Shown piece by piece: positions 8,400-15,922 of a stretch of DNA of 34,092 bases; the stretch's first letter is position 1, and every line of letters begins with the position of its first letter. This DNA is from a virus. Taxonomy: Duplodnaviria > Caudoviricetes. The stretch spans positions 1 to 34,092 of IMG/VR virus record IMGVR_UViG_3300020017_000145; one strand, given 5' to 3'. The position numbers and the translations under genes were made by a program. The notes below the pieces were generated by a model, which did not search any database, was not told where the DNA came from, and saw nothing but the letters and a program-made list of their open reading frames with translations.

Positions 8400-9958
8400 G
8401 CTTCACGATAACAAGTCAACCAAGCGACACCGTACCACAGCCAAAGAGCAAGTACCTGGAATGGTTATTAGGCACAACTGTTTTTTTGAATAGCGCGGAT
8501 GGATTCGCCACGTTCACGGTGACTTTTGTGGACGGGGCCGAAGCCGACGCACTGGAAGTTATTGCTGTAGATTCACTCTTTACCACCGATTCAGCATTCC
8601 CTTTTACGGCGCTCACTTACCACCATGAAGCCGCCAAAGAAGATACTGCCGCCAACTTTGCGGGAATGCTTTCAGTAAACCCCGATTTTTTAGACTGGGT
8701 TGTAACTTATTCTGGGGCCGTAGTGACCGCAACCAGGTCAAAGCCGGGGGCGCTTGATCCGTTCACCTTTGTATTTGGCGCACTCACCAACCCGCCAACA
8801 GTTTCCAGCACCAATGGCACCACCGAAAGCAGAAAAAGTAAGTTTGTGATTTGGGATTTGTACGAAGATTTAACCCGCAGTGTGGGCCGAAAGTCAGCCG
8901 CAATTGATCCAAGCGGGGTAAATGGCGTGTGCTCCATCAAGTTCGACCCTGCTTTCCTATTCAGTACTTACGAACCCAAAACCGATTTGCTTTTTTGGGC
9001 TGAAGATAGATTTTGGATGGACATTCTATTTAAGGCCGCGCTGATCAATCAAAACAGCATTTGCCAACAAGACGTGGAAGAAGTTGTACAAGGAGATGTA
9101 TTTACTCTGGTAAATTCCATCTTTCAACCTACCGACCAATTAGGGTTTGCACCATACACTAGCGACCCCAGCGACGACGGCCCAGGCGATCCGCTTGTAA
9201 AATGGGTGACGGGCAACCCTTTGAGGCGGTATCTGTATAATGACTTCTTTGAGTTGGCCGGTATTTACTTGGTCAATGATGGCGCATGGCGCACGGCTAA
9301 TCCTTTCCTAATTGAGTTTACAATTCACATTGGAGAAACTACCGAAACCATTGCAGCTTCACCCGATACCGATGCACACCGTTTCTTTTTTGTGCCCATT
9401 GGCACCCTTAACGGATCGTATACGGGCCTACTCGATACAGCGGATAGCGTAGATATTCAGGTATTCGCCTATACAGATGGTGACGTGAAAACCGCGTATT
9501 CTGAAAAGTTGGTTAGAACATTCTCACATCAAGATTGCGACTGTAAAGAAGTGATTATTTACTTGGGCGATCTTGGGAGCTTTGATAGTATCAGATTTGG
9601 AGAATTGAGAGCACTCAATCAGGGCGTGGCGGCAGCAACCCGAATATTTGAGCCTGGGGGCCGTGACTACGAAGATCAGATACAGGACGTTGTCAAGGTG
9701 GACACCATCACCGATGCACAAAACGAGCTAGTCTATATCTCCGAACCCATCAACGAATTGAACCGGGGCATGTTTGAGCAGCTTCAACGAAGCCCGCAAA
9801 TTTACAGAATCAAGCAGGTGGAAACCACGTCGGGAACGGTATCGAAATTGGAGCGCTTACAAATGACCAGAGGAAACTTTGTGAACATGAACAGGGGAGG
9901 GGATAAGCGATTTGAAGGCGTGTTTAAAAGTGCATCTGGTACGAAGTGGCACCGATAA
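8396..9958 (+). CDS. Tail structural protein (distal tail/baseplate region)
   Basis: 520 aa, beta-rich, immediately after the tape measure gene; conserved in both arms. Confidence 0.6.
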   Translation: MSFTITSQPSDTVPQPKSKYLEWLLGTTVFLNSADGFATFTVTFVDGAEADALEVIAVDSLFTTDSAFPFTALTYHHEAAKEDTAANFAGMLSVNPDFLDWVVTYSGAVVTATRSKPGALDPFTFVFGALTNPPTVSSTNGTTESRKSKFVIWDLYEDLTRSVGRKSAAIDPSGVNGVCSIKFDPAFLFSTYEPKTDLLFWAEDRFWMDILFKAALINQNSICQQDVEEVVQGDVFTLVNSIFQPTDQLGFAPYTSDPSDDGPGDPLVKWVTGNPLRRYLYNDFFELAGIYLVNDGAWRTANPFLIEFTIHIGETTETIAASPDTDAHRFFFVPIGTLNGSYTGLLDTADSVDIQVFAYTDGDVKTAYSEKLVRTFSHQDCDCKEVIIYLGDLGSFDSIRFGELRALNQGVAAATRIFEPGGRDYEDQIQDVVKVDTITDAQNELVYISEPINELNRGMFEQLQRSPQIYRIKQVETTSGTVSKLERLQMTRGNFVNMNRGGDKRFEGVFKSASGTKWHR

Positions 9959-9971
9959 AATAAAATATCAA

Positions 9972-10190
9972 ATGGAAAACTTTGAAGAGTCTTTGACAGA
10001 CGAAGAGAAAGAACACGCGAGAATTGAAACCGAAGCCTACAATGCTGTGAGAAATGGCATTGATTGGGGCAAAGAAGAGGGCGATTTGGATGTTGAGGTT
10101 ATTTTATACGCGATGAAATATCTTCAAGGAAATCCAGGAGCTTCAATTCCTGACGCGATTGACAACGGATTAGGTGAGTGGTTGAAATAA
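9972..10190 (+). CDS. Accessory acidic protein (72 aa), left arm only
   Basis: ATG 9972 after an A-rich leader (MENFEESL...GEWLK); absent at the homologous site 24784. Confidence 0.75.
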   Translation: MENFEESLTDEEKEHARIETEAYNAVRNGIDWGKEEGDLDVEVILYAMKYLQGNPGASIPDAIDNGLGEWLK

Positions 10191-10212
10191 AAAAAAGGGG
10201 CTATTAACCCCC
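10189..10212 (-). terminator. Intrinsic terminator (minus strand; possibly bidirectional)
   Basis: Minus strand reads gggggttaatagcccc followed by a T run. Confidence 0.7.
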
Positions 10213-10224
10213 GCAGTGACATGT

Positions 10225-10260
10225 TTACTCTACTTCATGAACATAAAAATAGTACCTCAT
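10225..10260 (-). CDS. Putative 11-aa peptide MRYYFYVHEVE in an antisense mini-transcript
   Basis: Lies between a Bacteroidota-type promoter and a terminator; frame and length kept in the other arm (MRFSFYVHEVE). Confidence 0.35.
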   Translation of the reverse strand: MRYYFYVHEVE

Positions 10261-10274
10261 AATTCACAACGCCA

Positions 10275-10306
10275 CAAATCTACACCAACGAAATGATAAA
10301 AGCAAA
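10275..10306 (-). promoter_or_regulatory. Bacteroidota primary-sigma promoter, antisense
   Basis: Minus strand TTTG-N20-TAGATTTG matches the -33/-7 consensus; identical in the right arm. Confidence 0.7.
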
Positions 10307-12371
10307 GAAAATTTCTGGCATTCCTACGCATTTACTAACTGATGGTGAGTTTTATTTCGATTTGCCAGAGGATTACGGCATACGCAAGTCAAAGAGCCGT
10401 AGTGAGCTTGACACCGAGAACAAGGTAAGTCAAGAGGTAGCTTTGTCTTTTACGCTACCTCGAAGCCCAGGCAATGACTATTTCTTTGCTGACTATATGG
10501 CGGCGGTAGATGTTTGGGTTTGGGACAATGGCGAGATTTTGGAGTTTGACGAAATCCGACTGACAGAAACCAAAGAGGATGGGTACGAAGTTGAAATTTA
10601 CGGCTCTAATTGGGCTGAAAAGCTGCAAAGGTTACGGGTTCGGGACGTGGATTTAGGGGAATTTGAGTACACAGATGCAGAAATTGCAGCGGCTTGGAGC
10701 GATACAACAATCATGGCAACGCCAACCCTAGCAAGTTATGGCGGTTGGAACCAAGAAGGAAGCGCAACGCTCAAGGATTTGCGCATGTGGTTCAATCTTA
10801 CCAAAGTCATGCGGGCCTGTTTTTGTGCAATTGGTTGGCAGTTTGAAAGTAGCGTTTGGGATGTAGCGCCACTCAATAGGCTTTTTGGCATGATCTCAGG
10901 TGAGCACTGGTATAGCTACGCAGGCAAACAAGACCCTTTGCGGGTGACAGTAGGCAACAACGGGAGCATGAGCCTTGACGGGACAATGAGCAATTTGATT
11001 TTCCCTGATACTATTTACGACCCCTTTGGATTGTATGATAATATCCTCGCATTCCCTGGGGGATACCTCTACCCTTCTGGAACCGCAAGCCAAAACGAAA
11101 TTGACCTGAATTTAAGAATGAGCCTTATTGTTGAACTCGAAGAAACCCCCGCAAACCTTCCCGGCGCAACATGGTCACTGATTTTGATTTGGAGCAGTGC
11201 CGTAACATCTGGCGATATAATTTTACTGGAACAAATTCAGGGAATACCAGGCGAAGCACAAACGATAATTGTCGAAATAGATTTTAGGATTGAGAATGTC
11301 AGCGAGGGAGACACATTCAGCGTGTACGCAGGATATACAGACAACATAACGCCAGGGGGTATTGATTACCCTTGGAGTATTTCACCAGGGGGGAGATTGA
11401 GCTTTGAACCTGACCCTCCGCGCTACATCGAAAACGACACCATCAATTTGGGTGATCTCATTGACCCTAATTTGAACGCCCTGGACTTATTCAAGGGGAT
11501 GCAGCACATGGTCAGTGGCATCATCAAACCCGACTTCAACACAAAAACAATCAGCCTTTATCCACCGTATCAAACCAGTATTGACGCTACCGTAATGGAG
11601 GGCTTTTTCTTAAACTCTGCCCTGGACTTGACCACCAAAGTACAAGGTGGGTCTTTGGTCAAACGGGAAATAACAGAGCAGCACGAACGGTATTTGCGCC
11701 TACAATTCAAAGAAAGTTCTGATTCGTTCATCGAAAGCCGCAACTTTCCCGTACAAATCTGGTCAAAACTCGTTGACACCGGGGGTGCAAAAGAGGAAAC
11801 CAAGACCCTTGAAAACCCAATCTTTGAACCCACTATTGAGCGAGACACCACAGTTGAGGAAATCGGGTTCCTTCCTGACGGTTCCAGCGTTGACGCAACC
11901 CCCGCACTTATGGCACTATGGGACAATGAAGATGGGAAACTGAGTAAAAAATTGGGGTATCGGGTAGCGTACAACCACGGGCTAGTGGAGCAACTGAACA
12001 GCAGCGGCGATCCTTACCAACTCGTTTACGAAGGCGCTGCAATCTCAGAGTTTGGGTACTTATCGCAGTGGCCCACACGCGCGGTAAGTGTAGCCGGATT
12101 TTACCGTCCCGTGTACGGATCAAGTAATGGCGACTTTTACACCGCGTTTTGGAGATTGAAAATTGTAAAGGATTTTTACAAAAACGCTGACTTTGAATTA
12201 CTGCTTTGGCTGACTGAGCAGGATTACAAAGAGCTGGATTTTCGTAAACCCGTGCTCGTTGATTATTACGGGTATCGGCTATTCAAAGCCCTGGCAGTTA
12301 AAGACCACCGGGGAAGTTTTGTAAGCACACCCGTAACTTTGGTTGAAGAAAGTGAAAACACGATACAATAA
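10293..12371 (+). CDS. Tail tip/hub structural protein
   Basis: 692 aa, second gene after the tape measure; N-terminal SFTLPRSPGNDYFF; conserved in both arms. Confidence 0.6.
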   Translation: MIKAKKISGIPTHLLTDGEFYFDLPEDYGIRKSKSRSELDTENKVSQEVALSFTLPRSPGNDYFFADYMAAVDVWVWDNGEILEFDEIRLTETKEDGYEVEIYGSNWAEKLQRLRVRDVDLGEFEYTDAEIAAAWSDTTIMATPTLASYGGWNQEGSATLKDLRMWFNLTKVMRACFCAIGWQFESSVWDVAPLNRLFGMISGEHWYSYAGKQDPLRVTVGNNGSMSLDGTMSNLIFPDTIYDPFGLYDNILAFPGGYLYPSGTASQNEIDLNLRMSLIVELEETPANLPGATWSLILIWSSAVTSGDIILLEQIQGIPGEAQTIIVEIDFRIENVSEGDTFSVYAGYTDNITPGGIDYPWSISPGGRLSFEPDPPRYIENDTINLGDLIDPNLNALDLFKGMQHMVSGIIKPDFNTKTISLYPPYQTSIDATVMEGFFLNSALDLTTKVQGGSLVKREITEQHERYLRLQFKESSDSFIESRNFPVQIWSKLVDTGGAKEETKTLENPIFEPTIERDTTVEEIGFLPDGSSVDATPALMALWDNEDGKLSKKLGYRVAYNHGLVEQLNSSGDPYQLVYEGAAISEFGYLSQWPTRAVSVAGFYRPVYGSSNGDFYTAFWRLKIVKDFYKNADFELLLWLTEQDYKELDFRKPVLVDYYGYRLFKALAVKDHRGSFVSTPVTLVEESENTIQ

Positions 12372-12430
12372 AAAAGGCGCAGTGAGAACCGCGCCAAATG
12401 CAATGATTAATAACAATCTTAATAAATGAG
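12370..12430 (-). ncRNA. Putative antisense small RNA (about 60 nt), left arm only
   Basis: Promoter TTG-N20-TATATTTG (12465-12435), no ATG inside, ends at hairpin ggcgcgg-ttctca-ctgcgcc plus T6. Confidence 0.5.
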
Positions 12431-12434
12431 AACT

Positions 12435-12466
12435 CAAATATACAAAGCACTGGCATAACTTACAAG
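12435..12466 (-). promoter_or_regulatory. Bacteroidota-type promoter, antisense
   Basis: Minus strand CTTG-N20-TATATTTG. Confidence 0.6.
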
Positions 12467-12470
12467 AAAA

Positions 12471-12680
12471 ATGATCAGGACAGTACATTTAACACAAGAA
12501 CAAAAGCAAGCCATTGCAGACATGGCAGAACAGGAAATTACCTGGGAGGATGCGAAGACGCTTTTCCAGCTTGGATTTTGGCGCGGCTCTGAATGCTGTG
12601 CAGATTTGAAGGACATCAAAAAATGGATCAAATGGGCTATACACGAAGGGAGTCTACCCGCATCGACATTGAAAAAGTGA
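12471..12680 (+). CDS. Hypothetical protein (69 aa)
   Basis: Conserved in the right arm (22398-22607), where it is ATGA-coupled to the upstream gene. Confidence 0.7.
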   Translation: MIRTVHLTQEQKQAIADMAEQEITWEDAKTLFQLGFWRGSECCADLKDIKKWIKWAIHEGSLPASTLKK

Positions 12681-12895
12681 TTGTGATTTTTTACAACCGC
12701 ATTGCCGGGGCGAAAGCTTCAAGTATTGCCGACATCCCCAAAGCCCCTTTGGCCTTGTTGCTCAACATGACCTATGAGCAATTGACGGCGGCATTGATAC
12801 GGGAGGACTCACAAAAGGGCATGAGCTGTGAGCAATTGCGGATAAAGTGGGGATTGACTGAGAGGAAATTGAGAAGGGTAACGGGTAAGAAATAA
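12632..12895 (+). CDS. HTH DNA-binding protein, Mor-like C-terminus (likely start MGYTRR)
   Basis: GMSCEQLRIKWGLTERKLRRV resembles a Mor/C-type HTH. The two inter-arm changes in the overlap downstream of 12632 are synonymous in this frame. Confidence 0.55.
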   Translation: MGYTRRESTRIDIEKVIVIFYNRIAGAKASSIADIPKAPLALLLNMTYEQLTAALIREDSQKGMSCEQLRIKWGLTERKLRRVTGKK

Positions 12896-12913
12896 AAAAG
12901 CCCCTTTCGGGGC
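12894..12913 (-). terminator. Intrinsic terminator for the minus-strand moron
   Basis: Minus strand gcccc-gaaa-ggggc followed by T6. Confidence 0.8.
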
Positions 12914-12919
12914 GGGTTA

Positions 12920-13111
12920 TTATCCTATATCAATAGGTTCGTCTGATATTTGTAATGCCTGTTCAATTAAATCAACCAGGCTTTTTTCTTCGCCTCTTTT
13001 CGGGAATGAAAGATCATTCAACAATTCAGCGATTTTAAGCATGTTGTTGAATTTCTCCCTAGGGGTGTTTCCTGGTATTAAATCAAGAGTTAAAGTTTCA
13101 AAGTTTTCCAT
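12920..13111 (-). CDS. Moron gene 2, hypothetical (63 aa)
   Basis: AT-rich, between its own promoter and terminator; left arm only. Confidence 0.75.
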   Translation of the reverse strand: MENFETLTLDLIPGNTPREKFNNMLKIAELLNDLSFPKRGEEKSLVDLIEQALQISDEPIDIG

Positions 13112-13114
13112 AGC

Positions 13115-13381
13115 TTATGGTTTAAATGTTGCTGGATAAGCAGGAGTGAAAAATATAGTCCCACTTGCTTTTGGTTCTCCATATGCCTTATGGGTTTTGG
13201 GGTTTAAAAAGTATTCGTTTGCTTCTGAGTAGGTCAGGTGCTTTATAAATCTTCTTGATCCAGGGTTGAATAATCCCCATGTATCAACTCCATTATTTAC
13301 GGTTCTTACAATCACGCTAAATGGATCGGGTATCCATTTTCCCCTAGATAAAATTTTCACTTTGTAGTTGAATGTTTCCAT
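13115..13381 (-). CDS. Moron gene 1, hypothetical (88 aa)
   Basis: AT-rich; directly downstream of a consensus promoter; left arm only. Confidence 0.8.
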   Translation of the reverse strand: METFNYKVKILSRGKWIPDPFSVIVRTVNNGVDTWGLFNPGSRRFIKHLTYSEANEYFLNPKTHKAYGEPKASGTIFFTPAYPATFKP

Positions 13382-13407
13382 GTTGTAAAGTTATGTTGTG
13401 AATTAAT

Positions 13408-13445
13408 GTACACAAATATAAGTGCATTTATAATAGTACACAAAT
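13408..13445 (-). promoter_or_regulatory. Moron promoter with overlapping 10-bp direct repeats
   Basis: Minus strand TTTG-N20-TATATTTG (13444-13413); GTACACAAAT at 13408-13417 and 13436-13445. Confidence 0.75.
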
Positions 13446-13476
13446 TTATTTTACCTGAAATGAAATTTATTTTTCA

Positions 13477-13554
13477 GTCAAAAACGTCCGACCACCAACC
13501 CGCCACCATTCCAAAGCCCGTGCAATAAGTAGATTTTTGTTGAAAATCGTACAC
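13477..13554 (+). promoter_or_regulatory. Conserved non-coding block upstream of the protease (putative late promoter/leader)
   Basis: About 4 differences versus 22084-22161, while flanking coding DNA is visibly more diverged. Confidence 0.5.
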
Positions 13555-14487
13555 ATGGCCGAGGTTTTGGATAAAGTAAAGCCGGATGAAGTCTTTACAG
13601 CATGGGAATATAAGGCGATAGAGCCACCGGAAAGGCTTAAATCAATGGTTCCTGAATATGGAATCTATGTCGAAGGGTACGCAAATAAGACCAGCAAAGA
13701 CCTTTTAGGAGATGTTGTAGCTGCTTACAATTGGAATCAGGACACCGTTGACGGCTACATGAAAAACGGATACGGCACTCTCTTATTTAACCACAACGAA
13801 AACAAAGCAGTCGGCAAAATTCTGGAAGCTGAGGCAATGCAAGACGGGCTTTTTGTGCGCGGGTACGTGTCGAAGTCTTGGTCAGATTCTTGGATGCTGG
13901 AAGAGGGCTATATCAAAGGGTTTTCGATTGGGTACTTGACCAACTGGGAGAAAAGCCTATACGAACCTCAAACAAATACTTTCTTTCTGGACATTGCCGC
14001 GCTTTACGAAATCTCAATTACTCCAATTCCTGCAAACTCCGACTCTCTTATCACTTCAATAAAGGGCCTGATACCAAAGGCTTCACCAAATACTAAAACA
14101 ATGAATGGACTTTTCAAAAAGATCAAAGACCTGTTTGGCGTAGATATTCCAGAAAACGCAACTGAACAGGCCGCTATCGAAGCTTTGCAAGGTATCAAAT
14201 CCCTCAAGGCTGAAATCGATGCGGAAGAACTCAAAACAATGGTAGCCGCCGCCGTGGCTGAACTAGGGCTAAAGAAAATTGATGATTCGGCTTTTGCTGA
14301 AAAGTCGGTTGTTGAAACCCTGAAAGGCACCGTTGAGGCCCAGGCTAAAACGATCAACGACCTGGCGGCGGAACTGGCTGGCAAGAAACTGGACGAACCA
14401 AAGCCAGGGGAAGGCAACGCCAAAACCGGACTAAGCGACACCGAAAAAGCATTTGGGAAAGCCTTGAAGGCTACGATCAAGCTTTAA
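13555..14487 (+). CDS. HK97-family prohead protease with C-terminal scaffold-like extension
   Basis: VEGYAN, LFNHN...VGK, GFSIGY and LYEISITPIPAN motifs; coiled-coil-like C-terminus; likely ATG 13555. Confidence 0.88.
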   Translation: MAEVLDKVKPDEVFTAWEYKAIEPPERLKSMVPEYGIYVEGYANKTSKDLLGDVVAAYNWNQDTVDGYMKNGYGTLLFNHNENKAVGKILEAEAMQDGLFVRGYVSKSWSDSWMLEEGYIKGFSIGYLTNWEKSLYEPQTNTFFLDIAALYEISITPIPANSDSLITSIKGLIPKASPNTKTMNGLFKKIKDLFGVDIPENATEQAAIEALQGIKSLKAEIDAEELKTMVAAAVAELGLKKIDDSAFAEKSVVETLKGTVEAQAKTINDLAAELAGKKLDEPKPGEGNAKTGLSDTEKAFGKALKATIKL

Positions 14488-14521
14488 GCGCAACAAATTT
14501 TACCACTGTAAAATACAAATA

Positions 14522-14938
14522 ATGGAGCCAATAACTCTCGATCCTATTTTCATGCCAGATAGTAACATGCTGATGTTTCAAACATCAGAGTTGAACTATT
14601 TGGCAGAGCAGCGATACAATGACAAGTATGGATTTTATCAGGCTGCTTTCGGCATGTACTCATACATGCGCCTCACCACTGATTTGGAATACAAAATCTG
14701 GTACCCAACAGGTGAGCCACACCTTTGGCAGCCGCACAACTCTTGCGCCTGGACACCGCTAGGCGTGTACGGATTCGCCAACAAAACCATCACCCCTTGC
14801 AAATCCAAGCTCAACTTGGAGTTTTGCAACGATGAGTTTTACAACAGCGTTTTCCGTTCCTTCCATGCCTGGAATACCGGGGCCACCGTTGGACTGAGTG
14901 CAGCAGGTCAGGCAGCGTTGACGGCATTGACCAACACC
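14522..14938 (+). pseudogene. Truncated major capsid protein (aa 1-139; ORF runs on to 15112 through antisense holin sequence)
   Basis: Near-identical to the first 139 aa of 19902-21119, then abruptly unrelated after ALTALTNT. Confidence 0.85.
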
Positions 14939-15166
14939 TTTGCTGCTGATTACTTCGCCCCGGTGCCTTGCTGCTTGCCTACCTGTGCGCATATCAATCA
15001 CCACAAGGACGCAAACGGCGGCAAACGGCGGCCACGCAGGGGCAATAAGTCCAGCGACAAAAGTAAGCGCCCAAATAATCCCAGGCCACAATCCCGAAAA
15101 CATGGAGTGTAGCACATCCCCAATTTCAATAAACATTTTTGCAAGACTGATTCTCATAGATTTCAT
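14936..15166 (-). pseudogene. Truncated holin (Phage_holin_4_1/TcdE-like, first about 77 aa)
   Basis: Two hydrophobic segments then IDMRTGRQAARHRGEVISSKG (DxxTG...A...S motif); the remainder of the ORF is antisense capsid sequence. Confidence 0.7.
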
Positions 15167-15192
15167 AGTTGTCGGGGGACTTATTACGAAAT

Positions 15193-15912
15193 TTATTTAA
15201 AGCCTAAGTTTTCGATTGCGAACTTATCCGACTTCAACACCTGCAATGTGCGGTCAAAGCTTACCCATCGGCCCCGGTTGCCTTGAATCTTGTAGATCGT
15301 GGTTTTGTTTCCTTTGGCGGGTAGGTCGGTAACTTCAATCCTGGCATCGCCCCAGAACTTCATCGGGTAGTTTTGCACAGCTTGACCTGTCCCGGTTCTA
15401 ATTACCACTTGCCCGTTTGGCCTTCGCAAGATTTGACAATCCACGGTTTTCACGGTTCCGTCTACGTTGGTTCGGAGTCGGTAGTTCCCAAACAGCGAAT
15501 CACTCGCTTCCTTCTCAGCTTCTTGAAAAAAGTCTTTGGCGGTGGCTCGTTTGATTGCGGTGTTGATTCGTCCGGCTTCACGGTCGTAACTGTTTTGAGC
15601 AATGAGCCGCGCCGCAATTTCTGCAAGTTGTCGCCCTGGATCAACTACCAATGTGTTTTTGTAGAAGTTGACCAGCGTTGCGGTGTCCCTTGCTGGGATA
15701 TTTGCGCACGGGTTCTTTTCATCCCATCCCACGGGTTTAGCATCGAGTGAGACGACTTTACCCCTTAATTTGACTTGGTAGCCAACCCACCAAACAACGC
15801 TGTCGCACTGGTTTAGATCGGTGTAAAACCAGATCGAATCTTTTACGAAACTGTCTTGGCTGTATGCTAAGACGGGCAATAATGCCAAAATGATCACTTT
15901 TAGGAATTTCAT
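15193..15912 (-). CDS. Secreted-type hypothetical protein (239 aa)
   Basis: Likely start MKFLKVIILALLPVLAYS|QDS, a Sec-type signal peptide. Confidence 0.75.
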   Translation of the reverse strand: MKFLKVIILALLPVLAYSQDSFVKDSIWFYTDLNQCDSVVWWVGYQVKLRGKVVSLDAKPVGWDEKNPCANIPARDTATLVNFYKNTLVVDPGRQLAEIAARLIAQNSYDREAGRINTAIKRATAKDFFQEAEKEASDSLFGNYRLRTNVDGTVKTVDCQILRRPNGQVVIRTGTGQAVQNYPMKFWGDARIEVTDLPAKGNKTTIYKIQGNRGRWVSFDRTLQVLKSDKFAIENLGFK

Positions 15913-15922
15913 ATTTTCGGTT

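Larger units (their letters stand above)
1..14938 (+). mobile_element. Phage/prophage virion module, copy A (truncated in capsid gene)
   Basis: Co-oriented, translationally coupled terminase, tail, protease and capsid genes. Confidence 0.9.

Noticed and set aside
10221-10262. Sense-strand mini ORF MFTLLHEHKNSTS
   Set aside because: It has an earlier stop in the right arm and no associated promoter; the antisense ORF is better supported.
12669-12680. -1 frameshift at G AAA AAG TGA fusing the 69-aa and HTH ORFs
   Set aside because: Not a canonical heptamer. The synonymous-change pattern points to an independent ATG at 12632.
14939-15112. Basic C-terminus of the 196-aa ORF as a real nucleic-acid-binding domain
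   Set aside because: It is the reverse complement of the holin coding sequence.
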